Source: Octopus vulgaris (lineage: Eukaryota). From it: a DNA stretch of 64,000 nt. The translations under genes were made by a program, and so were the position numbers. Where the stretch lies: contig OX597814.1 of the NCBI GenBank assembly GCA_951406725.2, forward strand, positions 169,880,001-169,944,000. The letters run 5' to 3'. The notes under the pieces were generated by a model. That model was not told the origin of the DNA. It ran no database searches and worked only from the letters and a program-made list of their open reading frames with translations. Shown piece after piece: positions 49,553-63,712 of the stretch. The number at the start of each line of letters is the position of its first letter. Within the stretch, counting starts at the first letter, position 1.

Positions 49553-50061
49553 ATACATAACTTCTTTTGAAATGCAACAACATATGTAAACAAACGTTTT
49601 TGTTTTTGGAACCGTCAAATGTGTATCATGTCAAACAGACAAGAAAGTAATATTTCGAACACAATATAGCCATGAAAATTGCAGAAAGATGGATATTTTA
49701 CTATTATATGATGGAAAAAGTTGTCAACAGACACCCACAGGATATGAACCCACACCTCCCAGATACCGGCTGTTGGTGTGTTTACATAATATTTTCTCAT
49801 ATATAGTTTTTCATGTATGTTCTTTTTGTTTTTTATTTAGATTTCTTTGTCTCCATTTTTACCAAACTTTATATTATGGTGAAAAAATATAATACTGCTT
49901 AACATCTATGACTTATGAACAGCTTAGAAGCTTAGTAGTGGTGACTTGCTAAATAAAGGCAGATAAATTAGGCCTAATTATATATGTATGGGTGTGTACA
50001 TATAAGTGTATAAATCAGTAAATATATGTATTCAGATATATATATATATATATATATATAT

Positions 50062-51367
50062 CATCATCATCATCATCATCATTTAGCGTCCGTTTTCCAT
50101 GCTAGCATGGGTTGGACGGTTCTGCTGGGGTCTGTGAAGCCAGAAGGCTTCATCAGGCCCAGTCAAATCTGGCAGTGTTTCTACGGCTGGATGCCCTTCC
50201 TAACGCCAACCACTCCGTGAGTGTAGTGGGTGCTTTTTACGTGCCACCCGCACTGGTGCCAGCCAGAGCTGGCAAACGGCCACGAACGGATGGTGTTTTT
50301 TATGTGCCACCGGCACGAGGGCCAGGCGAGGCTGGCAACGAACACGAAACGGGGCGGTGCTGGCAACGGTCGCGAAACGGAAGGTTCTCTTACATGCCAC
50401 CGGCACTGGTAACACATCTGCAATTTCCATTGATCGATTTCCATTGATCGATTTCGATTCTGATCCTCACTTGCCTCAATGGGTCTTCACAAGCAGAGTT
50501 TCGACATGCCACCGGCACTGGTAGCACATCCGCAATTTCCATTGATCGATTTCGATTCTGATCCTCACTTGCCTCAACACGTCTTCACAAGTAGAGTTTT
50601 GTGTCCCAAGAAGGGAAGGTATGCATACGTAGGCTGGCTCCATCCCATGTAGAAGGCCACGGGTTGTGGACTCACTTGTCCTGCCGGGTCTTCTCGCGCA
50701 CAGCACACTTCCAGAGGTCTCGGTCTCTAGTCATTTCCTCGGTGAGACCTAAAGTTCGAAGGTCGTGCTTCACCACCTCGTCCCAGGTTTTCCTGGGTCT
50801 GCCTCTTCCACAGGTTCCCTCAACCGCTAGGGTGTGGCACTTTTTCACACAACTATCTTCATCCATTCTCGCCACATGACCATACCAGCGCAAACGTCTC
50901 TCTTGCACACCACAACTGATGCTTCTTAGGTCCAGCTTTTCTCTCAAGGTACTTACACTCTGCCGAGTGTGAGTACTGGCATTACACATCCATCGGAGCA
51001 TACTGGCTTCATTTCTAGCGAGCTTACGCATATCCTCAGCAGTCACGGCCCATGTTTCACTGCCATGTAGCATGGCTGTTCGTACACACGCATCATACAG
51101 TCTGCCTTTCACTCTGTGCGAGAGGCCTTTTGTCACCAGCAGAGGTAAGAGCTCTCTGAACTTTGCCCAAGCTATTCTTACTCTAGCAGTTACACTTTCA
51201 GCACACCCGCCCCCGCTGCTGACTTGGTCACCTAGGTAACGGAAACTATCAACTATTTCTAGTTTTTCTCCCTGGAAAGTGACAGAAGTTGGTCTCAGAG
51301 CATTTTCAGTGTTTATTGTTCCTGAGCATCTGCCACATTGTTTATTGTTCCTGAGCATCTGCCACAT
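50062..51367 (-). mobile_element. 5'-truncated RTE LINE with ORF 50672-51367
   Basis: CGRCSG...LEIVDSFRYLGD...HGSETW...GRGRPRKTW; UTR units; (GAT)n tail; short tandem duplication at the 5' junction. Confidence 0.95.
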
Positions 51368-51376
51368 ATATGTATG

Positions 51377-51410
<34 letters not shown>

Positions 51411-51919
51411 TGTATGTATGCATGTGGATGTGTGTATATATGTGTATGTATGCATGTATGTATATATATATATGTATATATATATTTATATATTGATATA
51501 TGTCTATGTTTATATGTACATAATTATGCTTTGTATGAAAATGTTAGCTCCCTTATATCGTTCACAATTGCAAGTAAAGCTAATTCTGTTAATTTGGTAC
51601 AGCAACCATAATTGACATTAAATATCTTTTGATTTCATTTTTTAGTTTTATTGTTGAACATAGGCTTAACCAATATTTATTACTTAACAACCAACGGCAA
51701 CCCACAAAATAGAGTTATATAAACTAGGCTATAAATAAAGTTATATAATTGGCCCCAAGGACAGCCAGGATACAAAATAAACAGGGCACAAACTTAAATA
51801 GATTGGAAATTCTTACAAATATTTTGTATTGAGTACAACTTATGAAAGTTAACCATTTTGACTGAACCAATGTCAGCACAGAAAATATATAGAATAATGT
51901 ATGAATATACGCGTGTAGA

Positions 51920-51954
<35 letters not shown>

Positions 51955-52074
51955 ATATATATCTATGGATATATATATAGAGAGAGATTCAGATGAATAT
52001 GGTACTTAATTTGAGACACCAAACCAGAATTTAGTACGCTATTATCCATACAATTTCAAAGTAAGGTGATTCAA

Positions 52075-52208
52075 ATCAAAATGAGCAACAAGGATATCCA
52101 GGGGTAATGCAGTAATTTATGTAATGATTGCATTGTTCAATTAAATGGAGTTGCATGAAACGATCGTACTGCATTACCTCTGGATATCTTCGTTGCTTAT
52201 TTTGATTA
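52075..52208 (+). mobile_element. PLE-type tail-to-tail terminus with hammerhead remnant
   Basis: 40-bp inverted ends atcaaaatgagcaac...taatgcagta / tactgcatta...gttgcttattttgat; GAAAC-gatc-GTA-ctgca stem III; related fragment at 41685-41710. Confidence 0.65.
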
Positions 52209-52233
52209 TATATATATATATATATATATATAG

Positions 52234-52289
<56 letters not shown>

Positions 52290-52329
52290 CACATACACAT
52301 ACACACACACATACACATGTATATATACC

Positions 52330-52478
52330 TTTTCTGACCACAATAGTCTGACAAACAGTAACATGAAACTCTGAGTAACAGTTTGTGAAGATTTCTTCAG
52401 CTTTAATAGAAAGCATATTACTCTACCTTCAGTATTCGAGTACTATTTTTTTTCCCACCTTGTTCTGCATTTATGTGC

Positions 52479-52482
<4 letters not shown>
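52330..52482 (+). mobile_element. Older copy of the 47884 PLE terminus family with degenerate hammerhead
   Basis: gt-CTGACAA-acagtaacat-GAAAC-tctga-GTA-acag followed by aaagcatattactctacc...catttatgtgcttac. Confidence 0.75.
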
Positions 52483-52518
<36 letters not shown>

Positions 52519-53693
52519 ATATTCTACTAAAAGTAATTTGAGGCAGTGTCCCAGTATGGCCACAATCTAAAGACTGAAACAAGTGTGTGTGTGCGTGTGC
52601 GATAAGAAATTTTCCTCTATGAGCTTTGACCAGCATAGGCAAATGACCATACATACACATTAGGTTTAGAAAGGATCTTATGGTCTCAAAGTCTCAATAA
52701 AAAATTTTAAAAAACTTGAAATTAGTTGATTTCCTGGATATGCCATTAAACCTAGACTAAGGTACCTATAAACCTTTTCAAAAACCAAATAGAGGCTGAC
52801 ATATTAATACAGCTTCCTGTCATCTATCTTTAGTTTTCAGGAACTCGGTTAATGGGGTTATAGAAGATTCTCCAACCTATCTTTGAATTTGATCTTTGAC
52901 ACCATAGTACCATGCTACAATAAAGTCCTGGCTGCCATGGGCTTCAAGGATAGGATTATTTACATGCACAACTCTAACTCACCAAGTGAAAATGCCATTG
53001 TAAGCTTATATGTGTTACACCCTCATTTTCCCTTTATGTAAAACTTGTATGTGTAATGTTACAGTTTTTACAAGGCATGTATGGACATTGAGAGAAAGTG
53101 CTGTGTATAATAATATCAAGTTGGGGGATAGTAGAAAAGTGCAAGCCTTACTTAAACTGTTGGAGCTGCAGTCTTTGCTTACCGAGAAAAGAATCATATT
53201 GAAGAATCCTTTCACCCAGATGCCTACCTATACTGTAAGAGTGAGGTTTTTTGCTCCAGCCTTCATGAGTGCAAATATACCTTAGCAAACTAAACAACTG
53301 CAATGTAAATATAAACGTTAGATCTCAGCAGGTTTCAGAGGAGTAGGGAAGTCAACTCCAGTACTTGACTGGCACTTTATTTTATTGACCCCCTAAAGAA
53401 CGAAAACCAAAGTCAACCTTAGAGGAATTTGAACTCAGAACATGAAGAGGTAAATTGTATCCAACATGTAAAAAATTTCACTAACTTGCAACATTGTGCT
53501 ATTTTATATATTAAAATAATGCTATATAAAAGTTCCCTGTACAATGATTTTGTAGTTTATGGATAAAAGTGTAGACACACACTCACATGGTTAATTTATG
53601 TTTACTTATAATACATACATACAGACATACAGAGACAGCAGACACATGAGACAATGTTGTCCAATGTTATAATTAAAGGTATTCTAACCATGA

Positions 53694-54028
53694 AGGCGCA
53701 TGGCTCAGTGGTCAGAGCGTCGAGCTTACGATCGTGAGGTTGTGAGCTCGAATCCCGGACCGGGCTGCGTGTTGTGTTCTTGAGCAAGGCACTTTATTTC
53801 ACGTTGCTCCAGTTCACTCAGCTGTAGAAATGAGTTGCAACGTCACTGGTGCCAAGCTGTATCGACCTTTGTCTTTCCCTTGGATAACACTGGTGGTGTG
53901 GAGAGGGAGGCCGGTATGCATGGGCGACTGCTGGTCTTCCATAAACAACCTTGCCCGGACTTGTGTCTAGGAGGGTAACTTTCTAGGTGCAATCCCATGG
54001 TCATTCATGACCGAAGGGGGTCTTTACC
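53694..54028 (+). mobile_element. CORE-SINE (family C; resembles octopus OR2 type)
   Basis: A box tggctcagtgg, B-box-like gctcgaatccc, CORE-like gtgttcttgagcaaggcacttt...ttcactcagctgtagaaatgag; 10-bp TSD ctaaccatga (53684-53693, 54029-54038). Confidence 0.85.
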
Positions 54029-55093
54029 CTAACCATGACATCCTGCATTTTTCTTTTCATGAGTAATGTATACTGGCCAATGTGTCCTTCTCAACACTTT
54101 CTCACCACCCCACACTGCTCTCTTTAAACCTTTATATTTGTAATGTTGTTAAAAATATGCATTTGCTATTTTGCTCTAGAGAAGGAACATCTAACCTTCT
54201 TTTAACAATTTCATCAGGACTCTGTTGCAGGATACATACCTATGACATTATGCACATATAAAATATGAACATGGTTATTATGTAAATGATGGTTATCTTG
54301 AAACAGCTGTCGAGATATAACTTCACATAATTCTTCAGTTCTTTTATTCTCTTTTGTTTTTATTCTGTAATCTGTATTTTTTTGCTCCAAGTAAATATAC
54401 CTCTCAAGCCTACCTGTGTTTATCTACCTTACTACCTTTATATATATTAAAATTATAATGAAAATTATATATGAAAAGATAAATAGACAGTAATTTTTGT
54501 TAGTTTATTTGTCTATTTATCTTTTCCTATTGTGCTGTATGAATACATGATGCAGTTTTAGAGTCAAGTTTTGACTGCTATTTTGAGCATGGTAGTACCT
54601 CTTAGATACCCTTAATTATAATTTTTATAATAATTATTACCTATAAGGTTTTCTTTCTCATGCTGGTCACTTGATATTATTGTTATTTTAAATAAGTCTT
54701 ATGCTTTTTTATATAAAAATTTATACCTTTATGTATATCATCTTTTATATAAATGTGGAGGTGTGTAATGATGCTGATGATGAGACCTACCCATAGGCTT
54801 AAACTCTGAAATGACCAAAATTAGCTATTATACTCTATGTTCACATTGAATTATTTTTCTCAGGAATATTACCCAACAAATGTGAATGTGTGTGTGCGTA
54901 TGTGTGCGTGTGTGTGTATTTATATATACATATATGTGCATACATAAACAAATATACACACAAACATAATTCTTATGTATACATACGCACACACACACAC
55001 ATATATATATAATACACACACACATATAATACACAAACAAACAATTTATATATATATATATATATATGTAATACACTTCCTCTTTTGTTATAT

Positions 55094-55124
<31 letters not shown>

Positions 55125-56085
55125 GTTTATATATATATATACAGAGAGAGAGAGAGAGAAAGATTTATATATATATATATACATATATGTACATACATAC
55201 ATACATATACCTGCATTTATATACATAGAAATTTATATGAAAGCTATGAATTAAAATAGCTTTTCCAATAATAATTCACATGAAAATGTTGAAAATTTCA
55301 AGGTATCAAGGATTTATTTATTTGTTTGTTTGCTTATTTATTTTATTCATTTTTAAATGCGATAAAAATAAACATCCTTGTGCATGGCACTTAGTGGGAC
55401 TTTGATGTCAAGTCGTAGAATATGGTAATAGAATTTTCCTTCAATTCATATCTTGAATAACGATTTCCTAAATGCATAGATATAAATATGGTATACAAGG
55501 CATACCCATCTTAACCAAGTGTTGCTTCCCGAAAAATCACCTTTAAGTTCAATTTACTGTTATTTTACGAATAAAATTTAGGAAAAAGGAAAAAGCGTGA
55601 AAGAAGTACCCTCAGTGGTATCTTCTGAAAAGCATATTTTAAGGAGAATTGTTAAGATTTCATTTTAATTGTTGTTTTGTCATGTTTTATAAAATGGAAA
55701 ATAATAAAATAATACATGTTCTTTCTCATAATTTAACATATATGGTGTCTCTAAGCTCTACTCCTCCTATGCAGGAGATAAGCAAAATATAGTATTTTAA
55801 AATGTAAAATAAAACAGATTAAAGCTTCTTTTTTTTTGTTTCCATTTTCATATTCATTTTATTTCCAATGAATGGTGAACATCAACTGAAATTCTTTCAT
55901 GTAAATTCTAAATAAATTCTCTTGAATTCTTGACTTGGAACTGGATTGAATATCAATAACTTTATAGCATCATCATCATCATCATCATCATCATCATTTT
56001 AACATTTATTTTACCATTCTCACATGGGTTGGACTGAATTTACCGAGGCAGATTTTCTACTGTTAGATGCCCTTCCTGTTACCAA

Positions 56086-57134
56086 TGGTGCTATGTCTTT
56101 TCAACCACCATCACTTAGTCAAACATATTTTCGTCCACATCTTTTGGTTCGTCATCTTTTTGTCCAATGATTTTTTAGTCCAATTTTAAATAAACTCTTT
56201 AGAAAACAACGTGTAATATCTCTAATGATATATTCACAGAACTATAATGAGCCTCATTATAGGATTGTTATTATTATTCTTTTTCCTTCTCTGTTAACAG
56301 TTTTACTTTCTCTTTTACCTTCTCTTTCTTAAGTCTGATGCTGTGTATAGAGAGTGCTGCAAATTTAGTGTACATACCTTTAATTTACCCATCCCGAAAT
56401 GACAAAGTTCATAGTATTGACCAAAAACAAAAGAAAAGCAATACAAAACTAGGAAAAGAATACTAGAGATGTGAGAAAAGAAGGCTGTGTTCAGTATGAA
56501 TTCACATAGTAATGGAAAACAATGAGCCGAAAATTATTTATTTTTCTAGTGAGCACCTTCATCCAGCTGATGTAGATTCGTTAAATGCTAGAAATGCAGT
56601 TTCAGAAATAAAGCATGAAGCAGTGGAAAATATAGAAGCAAGTTTGCATAGCATAATAGCAGCTAATTTTACGCAGCTAACAGAAAATACTTGCTCTCAA
56701 CTTCCTCATTTGTCTGTACTTTCAAGGACTATTCAAAGGTGCTGACAAAAATATGGTGGATTTCCTGCTAATCCAGGGACTAGAACTGGTTTTCAAATAC
56801 CTGAAGAATATTGTAAACTTGATGATGGCAAACAATTTCTGAGATACGATTCAGGTACCAAGGATCAACAATGCATACTAGAATTTGCATCAGAAAATGC
56901 TCTTCAGGATATAGCATCATATCCTCATTGGGCATGTGATGGAACATTCAAAATTGTCCCAGAACAGTGGTTTCAGCTGTTTAGCATTCATGTACAAGTA
57001 AAAATTAGCAGTTTTCCACGGGTCCTTGTATTACTACTGGATAAAACAAAGCAGACATATGAAATATTTTCCAAGCAACTGAAAATTATGCAATCTAATG
57101 CATATCCACTTGATCTCATGGCAGATTTGAAGTT
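56086..57134 (+). mobile_element. MULE (Mutator-like) transposon remnant
   Basis: FLRYDSG...ILEFAS...WACDGTFKIVPEQWFQLFSIH...P...LLLDKTKQTY...P..LMADLK is the MULE DDE signature; left end has tttcgtcca-like subterminal repeats; cut by the gap. Confidence 0.85.
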
Positions 57135-57234
57135 NNNNNNNNNNNNNNNNNNNNNNNNNNNNNNNNNNNNNNNNNNNNNNNNNNNNNNNNNNNNNNNNNN
57201 NNNNNNNNNNNNNNNNNNNNNNNNNNNNNNNNNN
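57135..57234. other. Assembly gap (100 N)
   Basis: Run of n. Confidence 1.
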
Positions 57235-57488
57235 CACAGTCTAATGACTAAAACAAGTGAAAAAAAAGAGGTATATATAGGTTTGGTTGTGTGGTAAGAA
57301 GTTTGCTTCCCAACCACATGGTTCTGGGTTCAGTCTCACTGCATGGCACCTTAGGCAAGTGACTTCTTCTATAGCCTCGGGCCAGCTACAATATGTACCT
57401 GCTTGCTAGAAACAAGAGTTAAACTCTCCAAAGCCACTTTATCATTATTTTTCAAAGATAATGATAACTTATTTGAATTTATATGTAT

Positions 57489-57571
<83 letters not shown>

Positions 57572-57599
57572 TGTATGTATGTATGCATGCATGTATGTT

Positions 57600-57990
57600 T
57601 AAGCACTGGTGGAATGTAAAAAGTGCCATTCGAAAATGGCCGATGCCAGTGCCCCCTGACTGGGTCCCATGCTGGTGACATGTAAAAAGCACTATCCAAA
57701 TGTGATTGATATCAGGGCCACCTGACTGGCTCCCATGCCAGTGGCGTGTAAAAGGCACTATCTGAGCATGATCGATGTCAGGCCCACACTGACAGGCTCC
57801 TGTGCTGGTGGCACACAAAAAGCACCCACCACATTCTCAGAGTGGTCAGCATTAGGAAATGCATCCAGCTGTAGAAACATTGGCAGATCAGATTGGAGCC
57901 TGGTGGTTTGCTGGCTCTCCAGACCTAAGTCAAGCCATCCAACCCATGCCAGCATGGAAAACGGACGTTAAACGATGATGATAATGATAG
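57600..57990 (+). mobile_element. RTE LINE 3' UTR fragment
   Basis: Four ggtggc..gtaaaa units and canonical tail. Confidence 0.8.
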
Positions 57991-58133
57991 TAGAATAAGA
58001 AATAAAAGTCATTGGCACAATATTATATATATAAATAAATAGAAATCGCTTTTCTGATAATTGGTCACTATTTAACTATTAAAGTGAAAAGTTATCAGAA
58101 AGCCCATTTCTGTTCATTTTTTCATATATGTAT

Positions 58134-58164
<31 letters not shown>

Positions 58165-58173
58165 CATATATAT

Positions 58174-58204
<31 letters not shown>

Positions 58205-58950
58205 CATATACACACACACGCACACATATATATATATATATAAAAGAAAACAAAAAATGAAACAGGAACGTAACAGGTGACAACAAAACATACAAACAGT
58301 TAGACAATACAAAAAAGGACAGGAAAAACAAGGACGGGTCAATCGGAGCTTCCTATCTTCAGTCGAGTTCCAGATCATCTTAGCAGTTTTGGCCAGTTAC
58401 ACTCAAGACTGGTCCAATATGGCCGGCCCCAAGAAAATCTTAGCTAAGAGCACTAGACACCTTGAAAGAAAGCAAGTGAATGTATATGAAAACAAGGATG
58501 AAAACGACGGAGAAATGGTATACAATTACAAATACAAACAACAGGACATTAACAACAAGTGTCTTTCGACTAAGAACGAATTAAATTAAGCTGGTGTGTG
58601 TGGAAGTGAAGCCTTATGGCAGGAACATAAAGGATGAAAATCATGGGAAGGAATATAAGAGATGCTACATGGATGGTAGTCGAACCAAGAAAGAAAGGTC
58701 AGGCTTGGTGGAACACCAGTTACGTGGAAGGAGAGCGGAGAGGTAGGGGGCAGAGGGATTGAAGAATTAGGGACAGATGAGAAAGAGAGAAAAAGAAAGG
58801 AAAGGGACAGAGTGAGGTAAAAGAGGAGGGAAAGTGAGAATTGAAGGGAAGGCCAAAAAATGTGTGAGAGGGGGAGTGAGAAAAAGAAAAATGGAAAAAA
58901 CGAAGAAAGTGTGAAGGGGGCTACAAGAAAGAGTAAATGAGTTGTACAGA

Positions 58951-58990
<40 letters not shown>

Positions 58991-59214
58991 TCATCATCAT
59001 CATCATCATCATCGTTTAACGTCCGTTCTCCATGCTAGCATGGGTTGGACGGTTCGACTGGGGATCTGGGAGGCCAGAAGGCTGCACCAGGCTCTTTACA
59101 TACAGGAGACCAAAAGTGTATGTACAGCGCTATATGTATATATAAAAAAGAAAACAAAAAATGGAACAAGAACGTAACAGGCAACAACAAAATATCTGCA
59201 CAGTTAAACAATCT

Positions 59215-59251
<37 letters not shown>

Positions 59252-59469
59252 CATATATGTGTGTGTTTTTATTTGTATCTGTGTTTGTCCCCCACCACTG
59301 CCTGACAATTGGTGTTGGTGTGTTTACTTAGCGGTTCAGCAAAAGCAACCAACAGAATACATGTCAGGCTTCAAAATAAGTACTGGGATTGATGAGTTCC
59401 CCTAAAATTCCTCAGAGCATGGCAACAGTCTAATGACTGAACAAGTGAAAGAGTAAAAAAGTAAAAGAA

Positions 59470-59760
59470 TCATCCGAACGTGGCCGTTGCCAGCGCCGCC
59501 CCGACTGGCCTCCATGCCGGTGGCACGTAAAAAGCACCACCCGATTGTGGCCGTTTGCCAGCCTCGTCTGGCACCTGTGCTGGTGGCATGTAAAAGCACC
59601 CATTACACTCACAGAGTGGTTGGCGTTAGGAAGGGTATCCAACCATAGAAACACTGCCAGATCAGACTGGCCTGGTGCAGCCTTCTGGCTTCCCAGACCC
59701 CAGTTGAACCGTCCAACCCATACTAGCATGGAAAGCGGACGTTAAACGATGATGATGATG

Positions 59761-59762
<2 letters not shown>
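59470..59762 (+). mobile_element. RTE LINE 3' UTR fragment
   Basis: Tandem units and (GAT)n tail. Confidence 0.85.
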
Positions 59763-59793
<31 letters not shown>

Positions 59794-59802
59794 TATATAT
59801 AT

Positions 59803-59833
<31 letters not shown>

Positions 59834-59838
59834 TATGC

Positions 59839-59875
<37 letters not shown>

Positions 59876-59964
59876 TATACATAGATATACATACATACAC
59901 ATATGTACACACATACATACACACACATGTTCATGCCTATCTTCGTGTATCTGTGTGTATTCTC

Positions 59965-60495
59965 TTATTCTTTTATTCTATTATTTGTTTCAGTCATTTG
60001 ACTGCAGCCATACTGGAGCAATACCTTAAGTCGAACAAGTCGACACTAGGACTTATTCTTTGTAAGCCTAGTATTTATTCTATCAGTCTCTTTTGCTAAA
60101 CTGCTAAGTTATGGGGATGTAAACACACCAACATCAGTTGTCAAGATTGGTTGTCATCAGTTGTCAAGCGATGGTGGAGGGATAAACACAGACACACAAA
60201 CATGTACATACATATATATGTACATAGGTATGTATGTATATGTTTGTCCTACCATTGCTTGACAACCGATGTTGGTGTATTTACGTCCCCATAACTTAGC
60301 AATTTGGCGAAAGGGACCAATATATATATACAACAGGCTTCTTTCAGTTTCCATCTACCAAATCCACTCACAAGGCTTTGGTCGACCCAAAGCTATAGCA
60401 AAAGACACTTGCCCAAAGTGCCATGCATTGGGACTGAAGCCAGAACCATGTGCTTGGGAAACAAGCTTCTTACCACACAACCATTCCTGTGCCTA
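59965..60495 (-). mobile_element. SINE family A with internal inverted rearrangement
   Basis: Minus-strand tail and head, with a plus-oriented tail fragment at 60241-60320 in the microsatellite. Confidence 0.75.
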
Positions 60496-60969
60496 TCTAT
60501 GTGTATATAATGTATGTATATATGCTCCGTGAGTGTGTGTGATAAGAATACAACCTGATTGAGGAATATTTCTGAGAATCTGAAATTTATCTAAATTAAA
60601 TAAAAATTCTCCAAAGAAATCATTGCAGTGATTTATGGCGCAATTTTAACCGAAATTCTTTTTCTGGAAAAAATTTACATATATTAACATTTATATTTTC
60701 TTGAAAACTTAGATTTCTGTAAAAGATACTTAAGAGTAACATAAAACAAAAAAAAAAAAAGCAAGCTATAAAGCAAAATAGCAAAATTCTTTCAAAATAT
60801 TCACAATTTATTTTTAAATATTTTCTTTAAAAATTTTTTTTGTTTGTCAGTGCTTTCTTTTTGTTGTTGTTTGTTTTTTGAGTGGGGGGTGACAGAGAGG
60901 CAAGGGAATTTAAATGGGGGGGGGGAGGTATTTTCTTGGTTTGCGTGAGTAAAATTCTTTCACTTCCAT

Positions 60970-61425
60970 TCATGATGATAATAATGATGATGAGAGGAGG
61001 AGGAGGAGGAGGAAGAGGAGGATAATGCTGCTGTTGATGAGGATGACGATGGTGGGAATGATGGTGATGATGATTGTGACAGTGGTGATGGTGCTGGTGG
61101 AGGAAGTGGGGAAAATCATTATAGTTGTCGTGTTCATCCTCCTCTTCATCATTTTTATCATCATCATCCTCATCACCATCATCATCGTCATCATCAGCGT
61201 TGTCATCGTCATCATCATCATCATTGTTGTTCCCTCATCATCTTCACAATCTTCATCTCCATATGTTTCGTCTATATTATCCCCATCCCTTTCACCATCA
61301 CCGCCATAATCACTATCACCATAATCATCATCACCATCAAATGTTTGTCACAAGATGGAAAAGACTATAAGACAATATGTGTATGTGTGTGTGTGTGTGT
61401 GCGTGCATGTGTATATATATGTATG

Positions 61426-61496
<71 letters not shown>

Positions 61497-61572
61497 GTAT
61501 ATATGCATGTATGTATGTATGTATCTATCTATCTATCTATCTCTCTCTCTCAATATATATATATTTATATAC

Positions 61573-61639
<67 letters not shown>

Positions 61640-62210
61640 CACATACATATAAATTGATGTGTGTATATACATATATATGTATATATATATATGTGTGTGT
61701 ATATATGTAAGTATGTATGTATGTATGTATGTATGTATGTATGTATGTATGTATGTATGTATGTATGTATGTATATTGGTATAGAAAATGTTAGTGAAAA
61801 CCTGCAAAGGTTGCTCAGTTAATTAATTTGCTGTGATAACAAACACATTGCCTAGTTAGAGCTGTGACAGATTATTGGAAGAAATAATCACATCTCACTG
61901 TCATTTTGTATGTTACTGACACCCTCACCCCCTTCCTCCTTCCTACGCTTCCTCCCCCTCCTCCAACTCCTCCTCCATCTCCTCCTCCATCTCCTCTTCA
62001 TTGTCATCATCATCATCACAAACACCACCACCACCATCATCACTGATTATTGTCATCGTTATTAGGCCCACCACAATCATTATCACCGTTGTCATCTCCA
62101 TCATCATCATCATTGTTGTCACTGTTGTTGTCATCATCACCGTCATCATCAGTGTTGCTGTCGGCATTGTCATCAACATCACTGTCACCATCCTCGTTAT
62201 CATCATCATA

Positions 62211-62288
<78 letters not shown>

Positions 62289-62480
62289 GTAGTAGTAGTA
62301 GTAGTAGTAATAATAATAGTAATAGTAATAACAGCAGCAGCGATGATGATGAAGATAATAATAATAAAAATAAAAACAACAGAACAAATAATAATAAAAG
62401 TAATAATAATAATAATAATAATAATAGTATGGTTATCATTAATCTACATAATTGTGATAGCAATAATTATCATCATCATT
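60970..62480. repeat. Compound microsatellite block: (GAT)n, (CAT)n, (TA)n, (TATG)n, (AAT)n
   Basis: Direct reading. Confidence 0.95.
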
Positions 62481-62674
62481 CTGATCTATCGACAACTCGG
62501 ATTTGCATGAGACCTGATGACAGACAGATGTGCCACATATTTACATTAATTATAGGATTTGTGTTGCTTTGCACAATCATTATTTCTTTGGAAGTTAATA
62601 ATACTTGAGGGTGGCGGGGGTCACAGCAATTATTATATACATACAAACACCATGATTATCGTTGCAATAATCAC

Positions 62675-63070
62675 ATGTGTGGCTGTATGTTAAGAAGCTT
62701 GCTTCCCAACGATATGATTCCGGGTTCAGTCCCACTGCATGACACCTTGGACAAGTGTCTTCTGCTATAGCCTCAGGCTGACCAGAGCCTTGTGAGTGGA
62801 TTTCGTGGTTGGAAACTGAAACTGAAAGAGGCCTGTCAAATATATATATATTTATAAATTTATGTCTTTGTGTTTGGGTTTGTCCCCCAGCTATCGCTTG
62901 ACAACCAATGTTGGTATGTTTACATCCCCATAACTTAGTGGTTCAATAAAAGAGACCAATAGAATAAGTTCTAAGCATACAAAGAATAAGTGCTGGAGTC
63001 GATTTCTGCAACTAAAAGCCCTTAAGGTTGTGCTCCAGCATGGCCACAATCAAATGACTGAAACAAGAAT
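62675..63070 (+). mobile_element. SINE family A
   Basis: Full architecture. Confidence 0.85.
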
Positions 63071-63232
63071 ATATATATATATATATAATTCATAAGTGAG
63101 GGCAAAGGAAAAGAATTCTAATGCCAAGTTTATAAATTTAACCGTTAAAGGTATTTTTTAATATGCTGGCCATTGATAAAAATTTTTTCCGAGAAAATAT
63201 ATTTTTTCCGAAAAGAATTTTATCCTCACATT

Positions 63233-63287
<55 letters not shown>

Positions 63288-63573
63288 TAAAAACGAACTT
63301 TGAAAACGCCACTATATAAGATAAATTTTAATTTTCTTAGAAATTTTACATGTTTCAGTTCTTCTTGAAAAAAAACAAACCTTATCAAAAATATTTAAAA
63401 AAGTTAAGTGTAATAAAAAAAAGTTCATAATTGTTTCTTGCTGGTCTCAACAGTATTCACATGGTGGTTTTTTGTGGGGAGTAAGCATAATAGCTGTCTT
63501 ATGTGTTCGAATAAAATTAAGGAAAAGCAAGGAAAATTGCGACTATTATATATATATATATATATATATATTA

Positions 63574-63712
63574 GTTGAAATTTACAGAAAAACAAAAGAC
63601 GAAGACAGGTGTATAAACAACAAACTGGTGTATTAGTTTAATGATCAGGAAGGTGAGAAAGTCTTTTATGTTTTGAGCTTACGCTCTTCAACAGAAAGGA
63701 ACACGGGGAAAT
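63574..63712 (-). mobile_element. PLE-type terminus with hammerhead-like fold (63661-63700)
   Basis: Minus strand cttt-CTGTTGA-agagcgtaagctc-AAAACATA-aaag; abuts (TA)n. Confidence 0.6.

Noticed and set aside
52700-53330. Possible L1/Tx1 reverse transcriptase relic
   Set aside because: Only a faint KVLAAMGF-like motif, too decayed to support.
53694-53765. tRNA gene (also 38376-38448, 49042-49119, 17878-17955)
   Set aside because: Acceptor and anticodon stems pair poorly, there is no oligo-T terminator, and each runs into a repeat body, so these are tRNA-derived heads.
60629-60638. TGATTTATGG Hox/Pbx-like site (also near 29678)
   Set aside because: A short motif in AT-rich DNA with no conservation evidence available.
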